A stretch of DNA of 64,000 nt, taken from assembly GCA_951406725.2 (NCBI GenBank), contig OX597821.1, positions 75,888,001 to 75,952,000 on the forward strand, written 5' to 3'. The stretch comes from Octopus vulgaris (Eukaryota). The position numbers and the translations under genes were made by a program. Positions within the stretch are counted from its first letter, which is position 1, and each line of letters opens with the position of its first letter. The notes below the pieces were generated by a model. The model had not been told where the DNA came from. It ran no database searches and saw only the letters and a program-made list of their open reading frames with translations. Shown piece after piece: positions 13,986 through 32,610 of the stretch.

Positions 13986-14432
13986 ATATACATATACATA
14001 TATATTTTCTTCTTCTTCTTCTGATTATCCCCCCCCCCCCCCATTCTACTTTACTCTCGTCTTCTGATCGCTTTCCTTTCTCTCCTCTTTCTCTCTCCTA
14101 TCATTATACGTATACACCCTGTTAATTCCCTCCCCCCTCCACACACACACATACACATGCACATAAAATCTAACCCACATACTCAACCTGCATCCACACG
14201 ATATTTTCCTAAAAACAATGTCTGAAGGTTGCACAATGTAATAGCACACCTTTCCTATAAGTCGGATGAAGTGCTTGTCCAATATCTAAGACCGCAAATA
14301 TTGCGGGATTTTCTCATTTAGAATTTTCTCGTAAGCTGGCGCTGCTAAAAGAGATGCTACGAAAACATATGTAACATATAATTAAAGATATGTTAATGAG
14401 CTTTCTTTGTCTTCTTTTCATTGTATACATAT

Positions 14433-14486
<54 letters not shown>

Positions 14487-14609
14487 ACATATACGTATAT
14501 ATGTATATATATGTAGACATGTATATGCGCAGATGTATATATGTATTGATAAAAATGGTTATACAACAAAAGAATGAAAGATACCTCGATATTAATTTTT
14601 TTTTTCCCG

Positions 14610-14700
14610 ATGGCTGGATAACTGAAGAGGTGGCGGTGTAGATTTCCACCTCGGCATCCGAAACTTTAGCATGGCTACCGAATAATTGTCACATATTACA
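14610..14700 (+). ncRNA. Hammerhead-like repeat, copy 1 (stem III deleted)
   Basis: GATAA-CTGAAGA(14622-28), a long stem II, then GAAA(14660-63). Homologous to 28333-28430. Confidence 0.5.
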
Positions 14701-14720
14701 TTTACATATATATATATAAT

Positions 14721-14789
14721 TTAATAAATAAAATATATGCATACATACATACATATATATACGTACCTACATCTACATGCATATATACA

Positions 14790-14825
<36 letters not shown>

Positions 14826-15045
14826 TACAGGACACCACAAATAGACGTAGAACTCAACGAGAAACGAAAATATAAAAACAAACATGGAAACGGACTTTTT
14901 TTAACAATGAAAAAACAGAGTACAAGACAAACGATACAAGGACTATTCCCCTTCATCAGCTGTCCCTGGTTCGACTCCATGCGTGTTTCGAAGGTAAGGA
15001 CAGAACACGACCCGTCGAACAAGTCCTTCCTGCAAAAGAATTAAA
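14721..15045. repeat. ~325 bp direct repeat, copy 1 (contains the permuted hammerhead)
   Basis: Aligns by eye with 15904-16232 along its length. Confidence 0.9.
14948..15020 (-). ncRNA. Non-circularly permuted hammerhead ribozyme candidate, copy 1
   Basis: GUUCGAC..CGUG-UU-CUGUCC-UUA-CCUUC-GAAA-CACG..GUCGAAC-CAG-GGACAG-CUGAUGA-AGGGG. Confidence 0.65.
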
Positions 15046-15435
15046 TGTGGCTGTGTGGTAAGTAGCTTGCTAACCAACCACATGGATCCGGGTTCAGTCC
15101 TACTGCGCGGCATCTTGGGCCAGTGTCTTCTGCTATAGCCCCGGGCCGACCAAAGCCTTGTGAATGGATTTGGTAGACGGAAACTGAAAGAAGCCCGTCG
15201 TATATATGTATATATATATGTATGTGTGTGTGTTTGTGTGTCTGTGTTTGTCTCCCCAACATCGCTTGACAACCGATGCTGGTGTGTTTACGTCCCCGTC
15301 ACTTAGCGGTTCGGCAAAAAAGGACCGATAGAATAAGTACTGGGCTTACAAAGAATAAGTCCCGGGGTCGATTTGCTCGACTAAAGGCGGTGCTCCAGCA
15401 TGGCCGCAGTCAAATGACTGAAACAAATAAAAGAG
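15046..15435 (+). mobile_element. SINE family A, well preserved and slightly 5'-clipped
   Basis: Close to the family consensus seen in other copies. Confidence 0.9.
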
Positions 15436-15903
15436 TAAAAGAGAAAGAGTAAAGAGAGGGGTAAAAACAAGGAAAGAAAAAATGTGACAAGAACAGGACG
15501 TAAAAGCAATACAAATAAAAATACAAATACAAATACAAAAAAAATACAGTACACATAAAGAATAAAAACAGGACAAGGAAACCAACATTGGGGGACTTTT
15601 TTAAGCTTAGACGATTGAAAAATTCAGAGCGCAAAAAAAAGTCGTGTTGACTTGCAGGAGGCTGCGTGTGAAAGGAAGTTGGTCGACTCGGCAGTGAGAG
15701 AGATGAGGAGGAGTGAGAGAAAGAGAGATAGAGAGGAAAGGAAACCAGAAAGGGTGAAAAATAAGAAGGAGAGAGACAGGCAAAGAGGAAGACAGACAGG
15801 AAGGAAGGGAAGGTGAAGCAAAGGGTTACAGAGTTTCGCGTCATAATTATATATAAAAAGAAAAGAAATGAAACGACGTGAGGGCGCTCAGGCATGCAAT
15901 AAA

Positions 15904-15968
15904 TTAATAAATAAAATATATGCGTACATACATATATGTACGTACCTACATCTACATGTATATATACA

Positions 15969-16012
<44 letters not shown>

Positions 16013-16232
16013 TACAGGACACCACAAATAGACGTAGAACTCAACGAGAAACGAAAACATAAAAACAAACATGGAAATGGACTTTTTTTTAACAACGAAA
16101 AAACAGAGTACAAGAGAAACAATACAAGGAAAATTCCCCTTCATCAGCTGTCCCTGGTTCGACTACATGCGTGTTTCGAAGGTAAGGACAGAACACGCCC
16201 CTCGAACCAGTCCTTCCTGGAAAATAATTAAA
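15904..16232. repeat. ~325 bp direct repeat, copy 2
   Basis: Homologous to 14721-15045. Confidence 0.9.
16136..16210 (-). ncRNA. Non-circularly permuted hammerhead ribozyme candidate, copy 2
   Basis: CUGGUUCGA-GGG-GCGUG-UU-CUGUCC-UUA-CCUUC-GAAA-CACGC-AUGUAG-UCGAACCAG-GGACAG-CUGAUGA-AGGGG. Confidence 0.7.
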
Positions 16233-16317
16233 TAAAATTCCTTTGCAGAGGGGTATATATATATATATACAAATTGAGAGAGAGAGAAGAAAGGAGGGAC
16301 AGGCAGAAAAAAAAGGT

Positions 16318-17100
<783 letters not shown>

Positions 17101-17450
17101 TTCTTTTTTCAACAGATTTCAATATCGGATTCAGCGTGGTATAATCATATTTCTGTTGGACAATTTATCGACATTAACACTTGAAATCTAGCGGGACTTG
17201 TAAGCTAACTTTCTTTATGACAACCACTCAATAACAGAATAGTAACAATTTTCATGGTAGAACAAGAAAATCTCACTGAGAGATGGATAAAAATGAGTTC
17301 AAAATATTATTATTTTATTCTACTTCTCGAAGCTCTCAATCTTACTTGTGTCAGTTAACTCTGTGAGACCGGACAGTAACTTGCTGTGAAAAGTCTCACA
17401 AGGTTTCTTAGGGTCTCTTTTCACGAATTATAAGACTTGGTAATAGATTA

Positions 17451-17875
17451 AAGATTGTTTGCCAACATAACATGGCAGTCTTGTTTTAGGACGAATGTTG
17501 CTGTAATTTAGCTCTAGGAGACATCGTCTCCAGCTGGCTATACGACATGATCTACGTCCTTATATTTTCGAACAAGGGAATCTAGCACCCCCACTCAGCT
17601 CAAAACAATATTTGTGTATCGTGATTTCCGGGTTATTTCCCTTCATCAGCACAGAATAATTGTTCGGCTAGAGGTGATGATGAAGGGAAATAACACGGAA
17701 ATCGCGATACACAGATATTGTTTTGAGCTAAGTGGGGGCGCTAAATTCCCTTGTTCGAAAATATAAGGACACGGATAGTGACGTATAGCCAGCTGGAGAC
17801 GATATCTCCTGGGGCTAAATTGCAACAACATTCGTCCTAAACCGGGACTGCCATGTTATGTTGGCAAACAATCTT
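17451..17875. mobile_element. 425 bp fold-back element (~200 bp arms, ~20 bp spacer) flanked by TA; each arm starts with a hammerhead-like core at the centre
   Basis: AAGATTGTTTGCCAACATAACATGGCAGTC... is complementary to ...GACTGCCATGTTATGTTGGCAAACAATCTT. TA at 17449-50 and 17876-77. Confidence 0.85.
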
Positions 17876-18009
17876 TACTTCAAAGTACTGTTGCTGAATA
17901 TCTCTCGTCATAATGTTTACAGATAGTAATTTTCTAATTGGTAATAGATGTCAAGTATCGTGGACGATACTTAACACACAACACCATTATTATTATTATG
18001 TTAAAAAAA

Positions 18010-20250
18010 GAGATTGAATTAATGAATGGGAAAACATAAGCATTAAATTAACGAATCGGTGGAATTGATGTAATATCCAGAAAAGGAAGAGAAATGAAAA
18101 GAAAATATGGATTTTCAACAAAAGAAGACCCGAGAGAAACACTGACACCAAACGTCCAAGCCAAAGCTCAAAGAAGATGATGATTCGAGAAAGGAAGCAA
18201 TTTTTAAAAAGTATAAGTTGTTCGTTTCTAATGCCAAAACATTATACAGAGAAATAAGGAAGAAGAAAATAACTATTGAAGACCCTGCGTTCTATGGAAG
18301 AAGTTGAAAGATATGGAGTGATGAGAAGACGTACAATGAAATGCTCATTGGATTAGACCCACGAAAGGATCTTACGAAAATTTACGAGAATCAACATGGG
18401 AAAACATCTCAATATCAGACTAAACGATGACGCTCAAGAAGGCTCATAATTGGAATCCTCTTGTAAAGATAGGATGCAAAAGTTTTGGCCCTCATCGCTG
18501 CCGTACGCACATGAAAAGTTATATCAGCTGTTCAATAAAATTATGAGAAATCCTGAGAAAACACATGACTGGTTAGCAAGTGGTATTATTTACCTACTTG
18601 CTCAGCATAATGAAACCATAGTTCCAATAATCAATCAGCCCTTGACTTGCTAGTCCAACATTTATTCTCACGAAGAAAATAAGCATTTTTCGAAGAGAAT
18701 GATGTTTTCCTCCCTGAGAAAAAGGTGTGCCGATGAGATTCATATGGTTGCAAAGATTAACTCCTCATCAATCGCATGGATACTTCAGAACTATCATAAC
18801 AAACGCAGAAATCTCAGTTCCGCATGGATTGTCTACAAAAAAAAAGGCATTTGACAGTTTATCGCAATCATGACTCCTGAAATCACTGGACATCGTCAAA
18901 ATTTCTCCTGTGTTTTCAAACTTTCTGAAGCATGTGTTATTGTGGGATACGAATCTCCAATTAAATTATTCTGAGTATTCGCTTCAAACAATATTAACAT
19001 TACCTGTGGAATTTTCCAAGGTGACTCACTTTCACCATTAATTTTTCGTATAGCTCTAATACCACTTACAGGTGAACTTAACAGGATAGTGTATGGACAA
19101 GGAAATAAGCCATCTATAACAGGTGTACGACCTAAAACTTTATGGTAAAGACAAAGATGAGCTTAAAGGTCCATTACGTACTGTGGAAGCATTCTGTAAT
19201 GACATTGGGACGGAACTTGATGTTGATAAATGTACCCAAGTCACTTTTCAGAAAGAGAACTCGAAGACCTTAAATTCAGTCGTGTTAGCTGTTGATACAG
19301 TTATAAAATGAACTTGGGCAGGAACAAACTTACAAATGCCTCGGAACATATGAAAGCTCTAACATTCAACATGCAAGTATGAAACAGATCAAGAAGGAAT
19401 GTTACAGAAGAGTTCGAGCTAGTCCTGAAATCTGAGCTAGATGCACTTAAGAAGGTGTTAGCCATGAGACACTTAGCAGTTCCATTTGTTATTTATAGCT
19501 TCGATGTGTTGAACTGGAATATCAGTGAAATAAAGAAAATTGACAGAAAAATACGTAAGCTGCTATTTGTAATAAGATGCACGACCGAAAGGCAGACGTG
19601 GATCATCTTTAGCTTCCCAGAGTACAAGGAGAACGTGGCTTCATCCAGCTTTGACCTTCTTATATGCCAAGTATCTTGAAACAACAAACGGTTGGTTGCA
19701 AAAATTCATTGAAAATCAAGAGAGGCGCAAGAAGCTTCATTTTGTCATTAATGAGAGCAAAAAATTTGCTATTGATCTCATGTATGCTACACAAACTGAA
19801 CAACCTGAGGAAGGTATGGCAACTGTTGTTGCAAAGAAGATAAAATTAATGGCAAAAACAAATGCGCATGAACAATTGGCTGCTAGGTGAGAGCAGAAAC
19901 CTGAGCATGGCAAATACGTGACCCGTAGCATGCAAGCTGATGCTGACCGGAAGCACAACCGTCAGTGGCAAAGAGTGCGAAGGCTTCATGTTAACTGCTC
20001 AAGATCAAAGCTTTCTGACCCGCAACTACCCACGTGATGAAAAATGGAGTAAATCTAAAGTGCCAATTCTGCAATGATTAAAATTGAAACAGTCGATCAC
20101 TTAATCTCTGGATTTAAAGTTTTAGCACTTATGGAGTATGAATCAAAACATGACGGAATTGGCCAATAGCTACACTGGTTAACATGTCGGCATTATAAAA
20201 TCAAAACAGTTGACAAACGGTATTACAAACCATATCGAAAACTGAAGGAC
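18010..20250 (+). mobile_element. Heavily degraded R4/Dong-like LINE (RT through CCHC)
   Basis: ITCGIFQGDSLSPLIF (~19000), DLKLYGKD (19123+), YSFDVLNWNISEIKKIDRKIRKLL (19455+) and KCQFCND..ETVDHLISG (~20060). Confidence 0.85.
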
Positions 20251-21212
20251 AATAATATTGCTTACGGCATGAAATTTGGAGCGTTCGATTTACAAAACTT
20301 ATAAGCGAATAGTTGGAAAAAAAGCAACTGTACAGCAAAGAAAACACACATCTTGCTAACTTCAAAGAATCACAAAACCTATTTAACTTCCAGAACTGAG
20401 ATTTTCACTAGCTGCATCCACCGAGGAAAGTTTATTCGGTCCAACAGGAAGATACCACTTACGCTCCGATGGCTACACAGATTCCCCTGGTCGGTCCACC
20501 GTTTTCTCACCAATGTTGCACACAAAATTTTCACACTGAACCTGTTCAATGCGTATGCATAATGCACAATATGCACTTTAACAAGCCTATGATTTATCTA
20601 CAATATTGTGTTTATCAACCAACCACCACTATTTGGCAGCACATTCCATTAACTCACAACAAACGCTCCAACAATAAAATTAAATCCTGGAGTAAATTCA
20701 ACAAAACATTCAGGTTTACTAATAAGCAAATAAAATATTTTAAGTTTTAAACTAAACTAAACGCTGATGTCCAAGAGCTGCATCTTACATATTAAAATAC
20801 CGAGTCAAGTAACTTTAATCTCAAAACCAAAAATATTTCGAGAAAACAGCAGCCATTTTCTATCTTAAACCTGAACATTGTCGGAATGGGATGGCAACAG
20901 CCTGATTCTAAACTAAGCGATTTATCTTTCTTCGTGGTTGTATAAGAGACATTATGTCTGAGGCAGTAGACTGGAGAGTCACAGCTGGAATGTATTTGAG
21001 CATCATTAACAACAAATACTAGTTTCACTTTTCTTCCTATCTATCATTTTCTCCCCATATTTCTAACTCCTGATACCACACCCTCTATTCATAATCTCTC
21101 TCTTTCATAACTCCCTTAATACCTATTTTCACATCTCCCAAAAACATTCTTCCTTCTCCAACCACTCTTCTTTCTGTTTCCATCTTTTCTCTTCATCTCT
21201 TTTTCTCCCTCC

Positions 21213-21255
<43 letters not shown>

Positions 21256-22169
21256 AGTTACTCATTCAAGCACACATTCCTTCTATCTGTTTCTCTTAAA
21301 TTTTCTCCCTTTTCTCCTCTCTCTCTCTTTTCTCCGCCCCTCTTTCTCTTTCTCCTCTCTCTCTCTCAGTTTCTCTCTCTCTCTTCTTCAAATCATTAAT
21401 GTCTTCCTCTCGTTCCAATCTATTTCAGCTCTGTTCTTCCCTCTTTCACTCAACTACCATTTTTGCCCTTCCCTCACCCCAATTACCTCGTCTTTCTTAC
21501 ACGACTTCTTCCACGTCTCTCCCACATTTTCTTACACATTTTCTCTCACTTCTCTAACACTCTTTCTCTCCCCCTTATTTTCTACTACTTCTTTTCTTCC
21601 ACCTTCCTCTACTCTGGACCTTTAACTACCTTACACTTGTCTCACCCTCAACCCTTGCCTTTTCTCCTCATTTTTCTCTTTCTTTTGCCCTATCACACAC
21701 ATTACATTTATTTCTCTTTTTCTTTCGTTTCTTTCGTTAATCGTCTCTCTCTCTCTCTCTTTTCGTTTCTATCTAACACACACATTTTCATTCTCTCCCT
21801 CTCTTCTCACTGTTTGTCTCTCCCCAATTCACACTCCCGGTACCTAGAGCCGTGTTACTTCCCTTGTCTCTCTCTAAATCCATATCTGTATCAGCTCTCA
21901 ATTTACTCATTGTCTTGCACAGACCCACTCAGATCTTGAGATTGACGTCCTAAGTGTCTCTCTTGGACATTTACCAAATTAAAGACGTAGAAAAACCTAT
22001 ATGCAGACAGGGAATATATACTGGGGACATAGAACGTAATTAATGGTTGATTGCTGTCTGGAAGTAGGCGCAATATGAGAGACAAGTGACCCGAGAATGT
22101 TTCAATAGAGATTATAAGACAGCAACTTGATCTGAGACACGGCGGACACTGTAGTAGTTTTAGAATAGC

Positions 22170-22220
<51 letters not shown>

Positions 22221-22394
22221 TAGACAGGCAGACAGACAGACAGATAGAGACAGACAGACAGAGGCAGACAGACAGAAAAACGTGAAGGAGGCTGAGTGAG
22301 AGAAAGAGAGAGAACGAGAGAAATGCAGGATTGCACATCATTGGCCCAGAAAATGGAGTGGAGAGCATTGAATGATGTGTGTGTGTGTGTGTGT

Positions 22395-23900
22395 GTGTGT
22401 GTTGCTACGCAGACCTAAGAGTAATAGCAGTACTCTGGTATAAGTCTTATCTGAACTCTGAAGAGAAATCACGGTTGGGAAGAGAAACACTTTCTGACTG
22501 TGGAGTGAAAGTCGTGTCATTGTGGTGCAGTTTTTGTAAGTTGAAGATATTCGTTAACCTGATGAGATCCTTATCGACCTTAGGGATTCTAGTTGTGAGG
22601 TTTTCCTATTCAAGGGATTAGGTTATCAGAGAGGAAAGGAATTTTTACATTAATGAAAGGGATGAGATTGTCATGAAACCATTGAAGGAGGCTTTTGAGA
22701 TCTTTGTTTATAGAGTCAGAGTAGAGTTGGTGTGAGGTGTATTCCTTGTATGTGGATGATGGCACACCTCTGTAGAAGGTCAGAGAGAAAAGAAAAGCGA
22801 TGTCAATTGCATAAGAGTGAGTGTTGAAGATGGAGGAAAAAAGCCAAATTCGTGGTACATTAGAGTTTAAAGTGTGTTGGTTAGAGAGAGAGATACATGA
22901 GCCTATAGTAGGACGATACAAGCTGAAAGGAGCTCACTGAACCATAGGTAGTTAATGGAAGTCTTGATAACATCGAGTGCAACAACACTGCTTCACATTA
23001 TTCCTCGAGGCAAGAGTCCATTAATAAGTAACACATGAGGGCAGGCCTCCAGTATATTTGGCTAACAATAGTTGTGCTAGTGGACAGGATTTTTGTTGAT
23101 ATATGTCTGCAACGGCTTTTAATTGATTGAGTGACTACAATAAGACAGTAGTCAGAAAGGCTACTCGTCTTAAAGACATGCTGTAGCGTGGTTCTAAAGA
23201 TCAGGACTTATACCAGTAGAAAGAGATAAATTGGGAAGTTTAGAGGAGATACAAACGAAATTAATGGTGCACTGTCTGAGGCTAACGAAAGGATCATTGT
23301 CAGGAAAAATGGTCTAATTTATTTGAAACCAGTAGGAATAATTTCGAACTTATTGGGTATGCATTCAGAGTAGTAACCCCAATGAAGGAGGACCAGGTAA
23401 TATGGGAAGTGGGGGAAGTCTTCTCCACCTGAACGCTACTTGAAGAACTATCATGATTAAGAAATAGACGACAGGGGATTTTTCAAAGTTACTAGGGGTC
23501 CTCTTTGGGGAGAGAATGTAAGGTTTGGCTGCAATTTGATTACCAGAAGCGTTTTCAGGGTGCACAATAAACGGAGGAAACCTTCATAGTTTGATGAAAA
23601 TCTTGTAGGTGTTCCGATGTTGTGTAAAAGTCATTCGGTTTGATGGACTGAAAGTTTGAAGTTTGAAGGTTTAAAATAATGTTTACCCCTGGGAGCCATG
23701 ATTTTGACTTGAATTGCTGCGGCATATTTTCAGTCAACCGGCGAGATGTGGTCAGTAACTTTTGACTATGTGTGCAAAGTAGAAAGTCTTGTCTAAGAGG
23801 ATGGTTTCAGTGAGCCTCCGACACAGTTGTTTCTTGTGGGTCTAACTTGAAGTACAGGCGTTGTACTTAAATGAAATAAACTGACCAAGGCCTCGCAAAT
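22395..23900 (-). mobile_element. Degraded Jockey/CR1-group LINE RT region
   Basis: ORF 22610..22921 has THSYAID..SINKDLKSLLQWFHDNL (the YADD and post-RT region). An NYRP-like remnant lies near 23310. Confidence 0.6.
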
Positions 23901-23934
23901 CAGCTGATATGAAGCGCCTCATACTAGCATCCCC

Positions 23935-24720
23935 CTCGATCACCACCACCACCACCACCACCACCACCACTACAACTACCTCATTAGCTATCACACACAG
24001 CCCTACTACCGCACTAATCAGCACCTTAAGCGTCACATTAATGACCACAATCGCTACCACGGTAACTACTCACGCCATTATCATCACCATCACTACCATC
24101 ACCACAATTACCGCCATATTTAGAGTCAAACACACTAACTTCCCCCACCGCTGCCACCACCATCCCCACACAGCAACAAACTCTACAACCACTTCAATAC
24201 CACCGTCAATACCTCAACCATCATCACGAACTATGGCTACACTAACTACCACGCTATATACCACCGCCAGGGCAATGCTCTCTACTATCCTATTAACAAT
24301 CAGCTCCGCACTACCACCATACTGTACATAATCACCACCACCGCCAAAAACAACAACAACAACAACAACAACAACACTATAACTACAATCGCCACCACCA
24401 TACCGCCACTAAGACCGCCAACATCACCCGTACTACCATGGCCACATCACCGACAAAACCGGCAACATCACAACAACCACCAATACCATTACGATAACGA
24501 TGACAACATTATACACGACCACCGTCACCGATGCCACCACCACCACCACCACCATCACTATCACCACCACCATCACCACAACCATCACCACCATCACCAC
24601 CACCAACATCACCACCATCACCACCACCATCATCACCATCACCTCCTTATCACCACCACCACCACCATCACCATCACCATCACCACCATCACCACCGTCA
24701 CCGATGCCACCACCACCAAT
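23935..24720. repeat. (ACC/ATC/AAC)n low-complexity tract
   Basis: Degenerate trinucleotide repeats. Confidence 0.85.
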
Positions 24721-24929
24721 CATATGTTTACATGCTTCTGTTATTTGCACAGACTACACTCTCCATTCACTCCGTTCTTTTATTCTCTCTTATTCTCTGA
24801 TTCTCTTGTTCTCTTATTCTCTATTCTGTTCTTCCCTCTTATGAATCAAAATTATCGACCGATCGCGTTGAAAAGACTCGTCTGCCACTAGTATTTGTTC
24901 ACTAATTAAGTGTACACACTCCACCACTA

Positions 24930-30200
<5,271 letters not shown>

Positions 30201-30239
30201 TATATATACGATGAGGGGCACAGCTGACACGATAAATCC

Positions 30240-30494
30240 TACAGGTAGCTCGTGGAATTAACGTGTAAGTGCCGTCGAGCACTCCACAGTCACGTGTAAC
30301 CTTAACGTAGTTCTCAGGGATATTCAGCGTGACACAGATTGTAAACAAGGATGGCCCTTCTGAAATACAAGTACTACGAATTTTTGCCAGCTGAGTGAAC
30401 TGGAGTAAACCTGAAATATATCGTCGCCGGGAATTGAACTCACGACCTTACGACCGTGAGCCGAACGCCCGAACCACAAAGCCACGCGCCTTCA
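30240..30494 (-). mobile_element. tRNA-derived CORE-type SINE (resembling octopus OR SINEs)
   Basis: Head TGAAGGCGCGTGGC..TGG..GTGAGTTCAATTCCC. The head is shared with 47358-47691. Confidence 0.7.
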
Positions 30495-30700
30495 TACACA
30501 CACACACACACGCGCGCGCCCGCGCGCGCGCGCGCAATGGTATTTTTATATAAGCTTAAGACTTATAGCGATCACCGTGCAATGACTAAAGAAAATAGTC
30601 TTAGAAAGGGCCCTCGACAGAGAAAGAAGTCTTTCCTCTCCGCATGGGAACCGAACCCACATCTCTTTGTTCATTCGCACCAAAAGCATATATATATATA

Positions 30701-30731
<31 letters not shown>

Positions 30732-30822
30732 GGATAGATAGATAGATAGATAGATATACACACACACTTGTGTGTTTGTGTGTGTGTGTGAGAGAGAATG
30801 TGTGATGTGTGTTTGCGCGTGT

Positions 30823-31036
30823 GCGATAGGGATGCTGAAAAGTTCCAGGTCTTGGATAAAGTAAGCCAGATGACCGGTTGGATATGTTTTTATCCAACAT
30901 ATTCCCCTCTCAGATTCACATGCCTGTTGCAGTGTTCGTTTAGTTTCTCGAAGCTCAATAAGAGAACTCGGAAAGTTGGGCTTCCAACCAGGCCATTCAC
31001 GATATTCTTGAATCCAACCACTTTGTAGCGCCCCTC

Positions 31037-31037
<1 letters not shown>
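30823..31037 (-). mobile_element. Mariner deletion derivative
   Basis: Ends CCCCTCG-TA. The minus strand encodes a transposase C-terminus (FEKLNEHCNRHVNLRGEYVG). Confidence 0.65.
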
Positions 31038-31083
<46 letters not shown>

Positions 31084-31193
31084 TGTGTGTGTGTGTGTGT
31101 AGCATTATGGGTGCATAGAAACACACACACACACATATAGAGAGAGAGAGGCAGACAGATAGACAGAGAGGCAGACAGACAGACAGACGGACT

Positions 31194-31257
<64 letters not shown>

Positions 31258-31840
31258 TGCTTACATATATATGAATAAATACACATATACATATACTCAT
31301 ATGCATATACATATATGCATACATACATACATACATACATACAATCATACATACATACATACATACATGTGTGTGTGTGTGTGTGAATGTGTGTTTGTCC
31401 AAAGAAATCATAGTGTTCTGATGTATCGTGTTCATCAATGTTGTACGCAATAAATTTGCTACACTTATATTATTTAAGTTTCAATACTTTCATTTCCAAG
31501 ACGGCCCGACGTTGCGTTTCGTTTTGTTAGCAGTCTGCACAGATCTCATGGCCAAAAGATTGGAGTAAATTCAAATTTTACTCCAACTGGGCGTTTAAAA
31601 TATCTTGCATTCTGATTTTTTAAAATTATGTTTATGAATTATGTGGCCCATAAATAAGTCATTATTAGTATTATGGAACCAAACTCTGTCTAGATTTTAA
31701 TTTTCTTCTGTGTCTTGCGATAATTGTACTCCATAAGTATTCTGATGTGAGCACAAGAAGAGCTGGACGGAGATGGTTGTATTTGCGTCCTCAATATATC
31801 GCCTATGAGCAAGGATACACAGATGCAGAGAAACCACTAA

Positions 31841-31959
<119 letters not shown>

Positions 31960-32026
31960 GTATGTATGTACGTATATATATATGTATATATATGCATATA
32001 TATATATATGTATATATGTATATATG

Positions 32027-32057
<31 letters not shown>

Positions 32058-32538
32058 ACATAAAGAAAAAAATCGCTTATAATTATGAACAAGTTACAAT
32101 TATAACGAAGTGGGTTAAGAAAACCCTTACATGTTAAGAAATAGCAGCCAAAACCGCTATAAAGCCATTTTTATCACTCATATTATTTCTCCACACAATA
32201 TAAACTGTCTTCTGGCGACATGACAAACAGAATCCACAATTTTATGATAACATGTTTGGCCATTGATATATTCATAAATAATCTTAATTATTTATAATAT
32301 ATCTTCCGTAATGTTTTATTACATTACTATCTACTTACATATATGTGTGTGTGTGCGTGTGTGTTTTTTTTTTGTATGAATGTGTATAATGATATAATGG
32401 AAAAATTATACAAAATGTATAAATAGATGATGAGTAAAGCACAGGCACAGTTTAGGCTATTTGTTGTTATCCGTAGAATTACTCCAGGAGGCAGTTGGGG
32501 TTATAGTATTAACAAAATGGGGGATGGAATGTGTATTA

Positions 32539-32610
32539 GACTTTTATTAAGTACGACACGTTTCGACCCGTCGTTCCGGGTCTCCTCGGGTATATCAATA
32601 AAAAAAAGTC
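32539..32610 (-). ncRNA. Minimal type I hammerhead-like motif with U4C
   Basis: UAC-CCGAGGA-GACCCG(GAACGA)CGGGUC-GAAA-CGUG-UC-GUA. Stem I extends via UUUUAUUGA/UUAAUAAAA. Confidence 0.6.

Noticed and set aside
20300-21030. Possible transposon coding remnant
   Set aside because: No recognisable motif in the translations.
23909-24844. Mucin-like Thr/Pro/His-rich ORFs
   Set aside because: Degenerate (ACC)n repeat, open in several frames on both strands.
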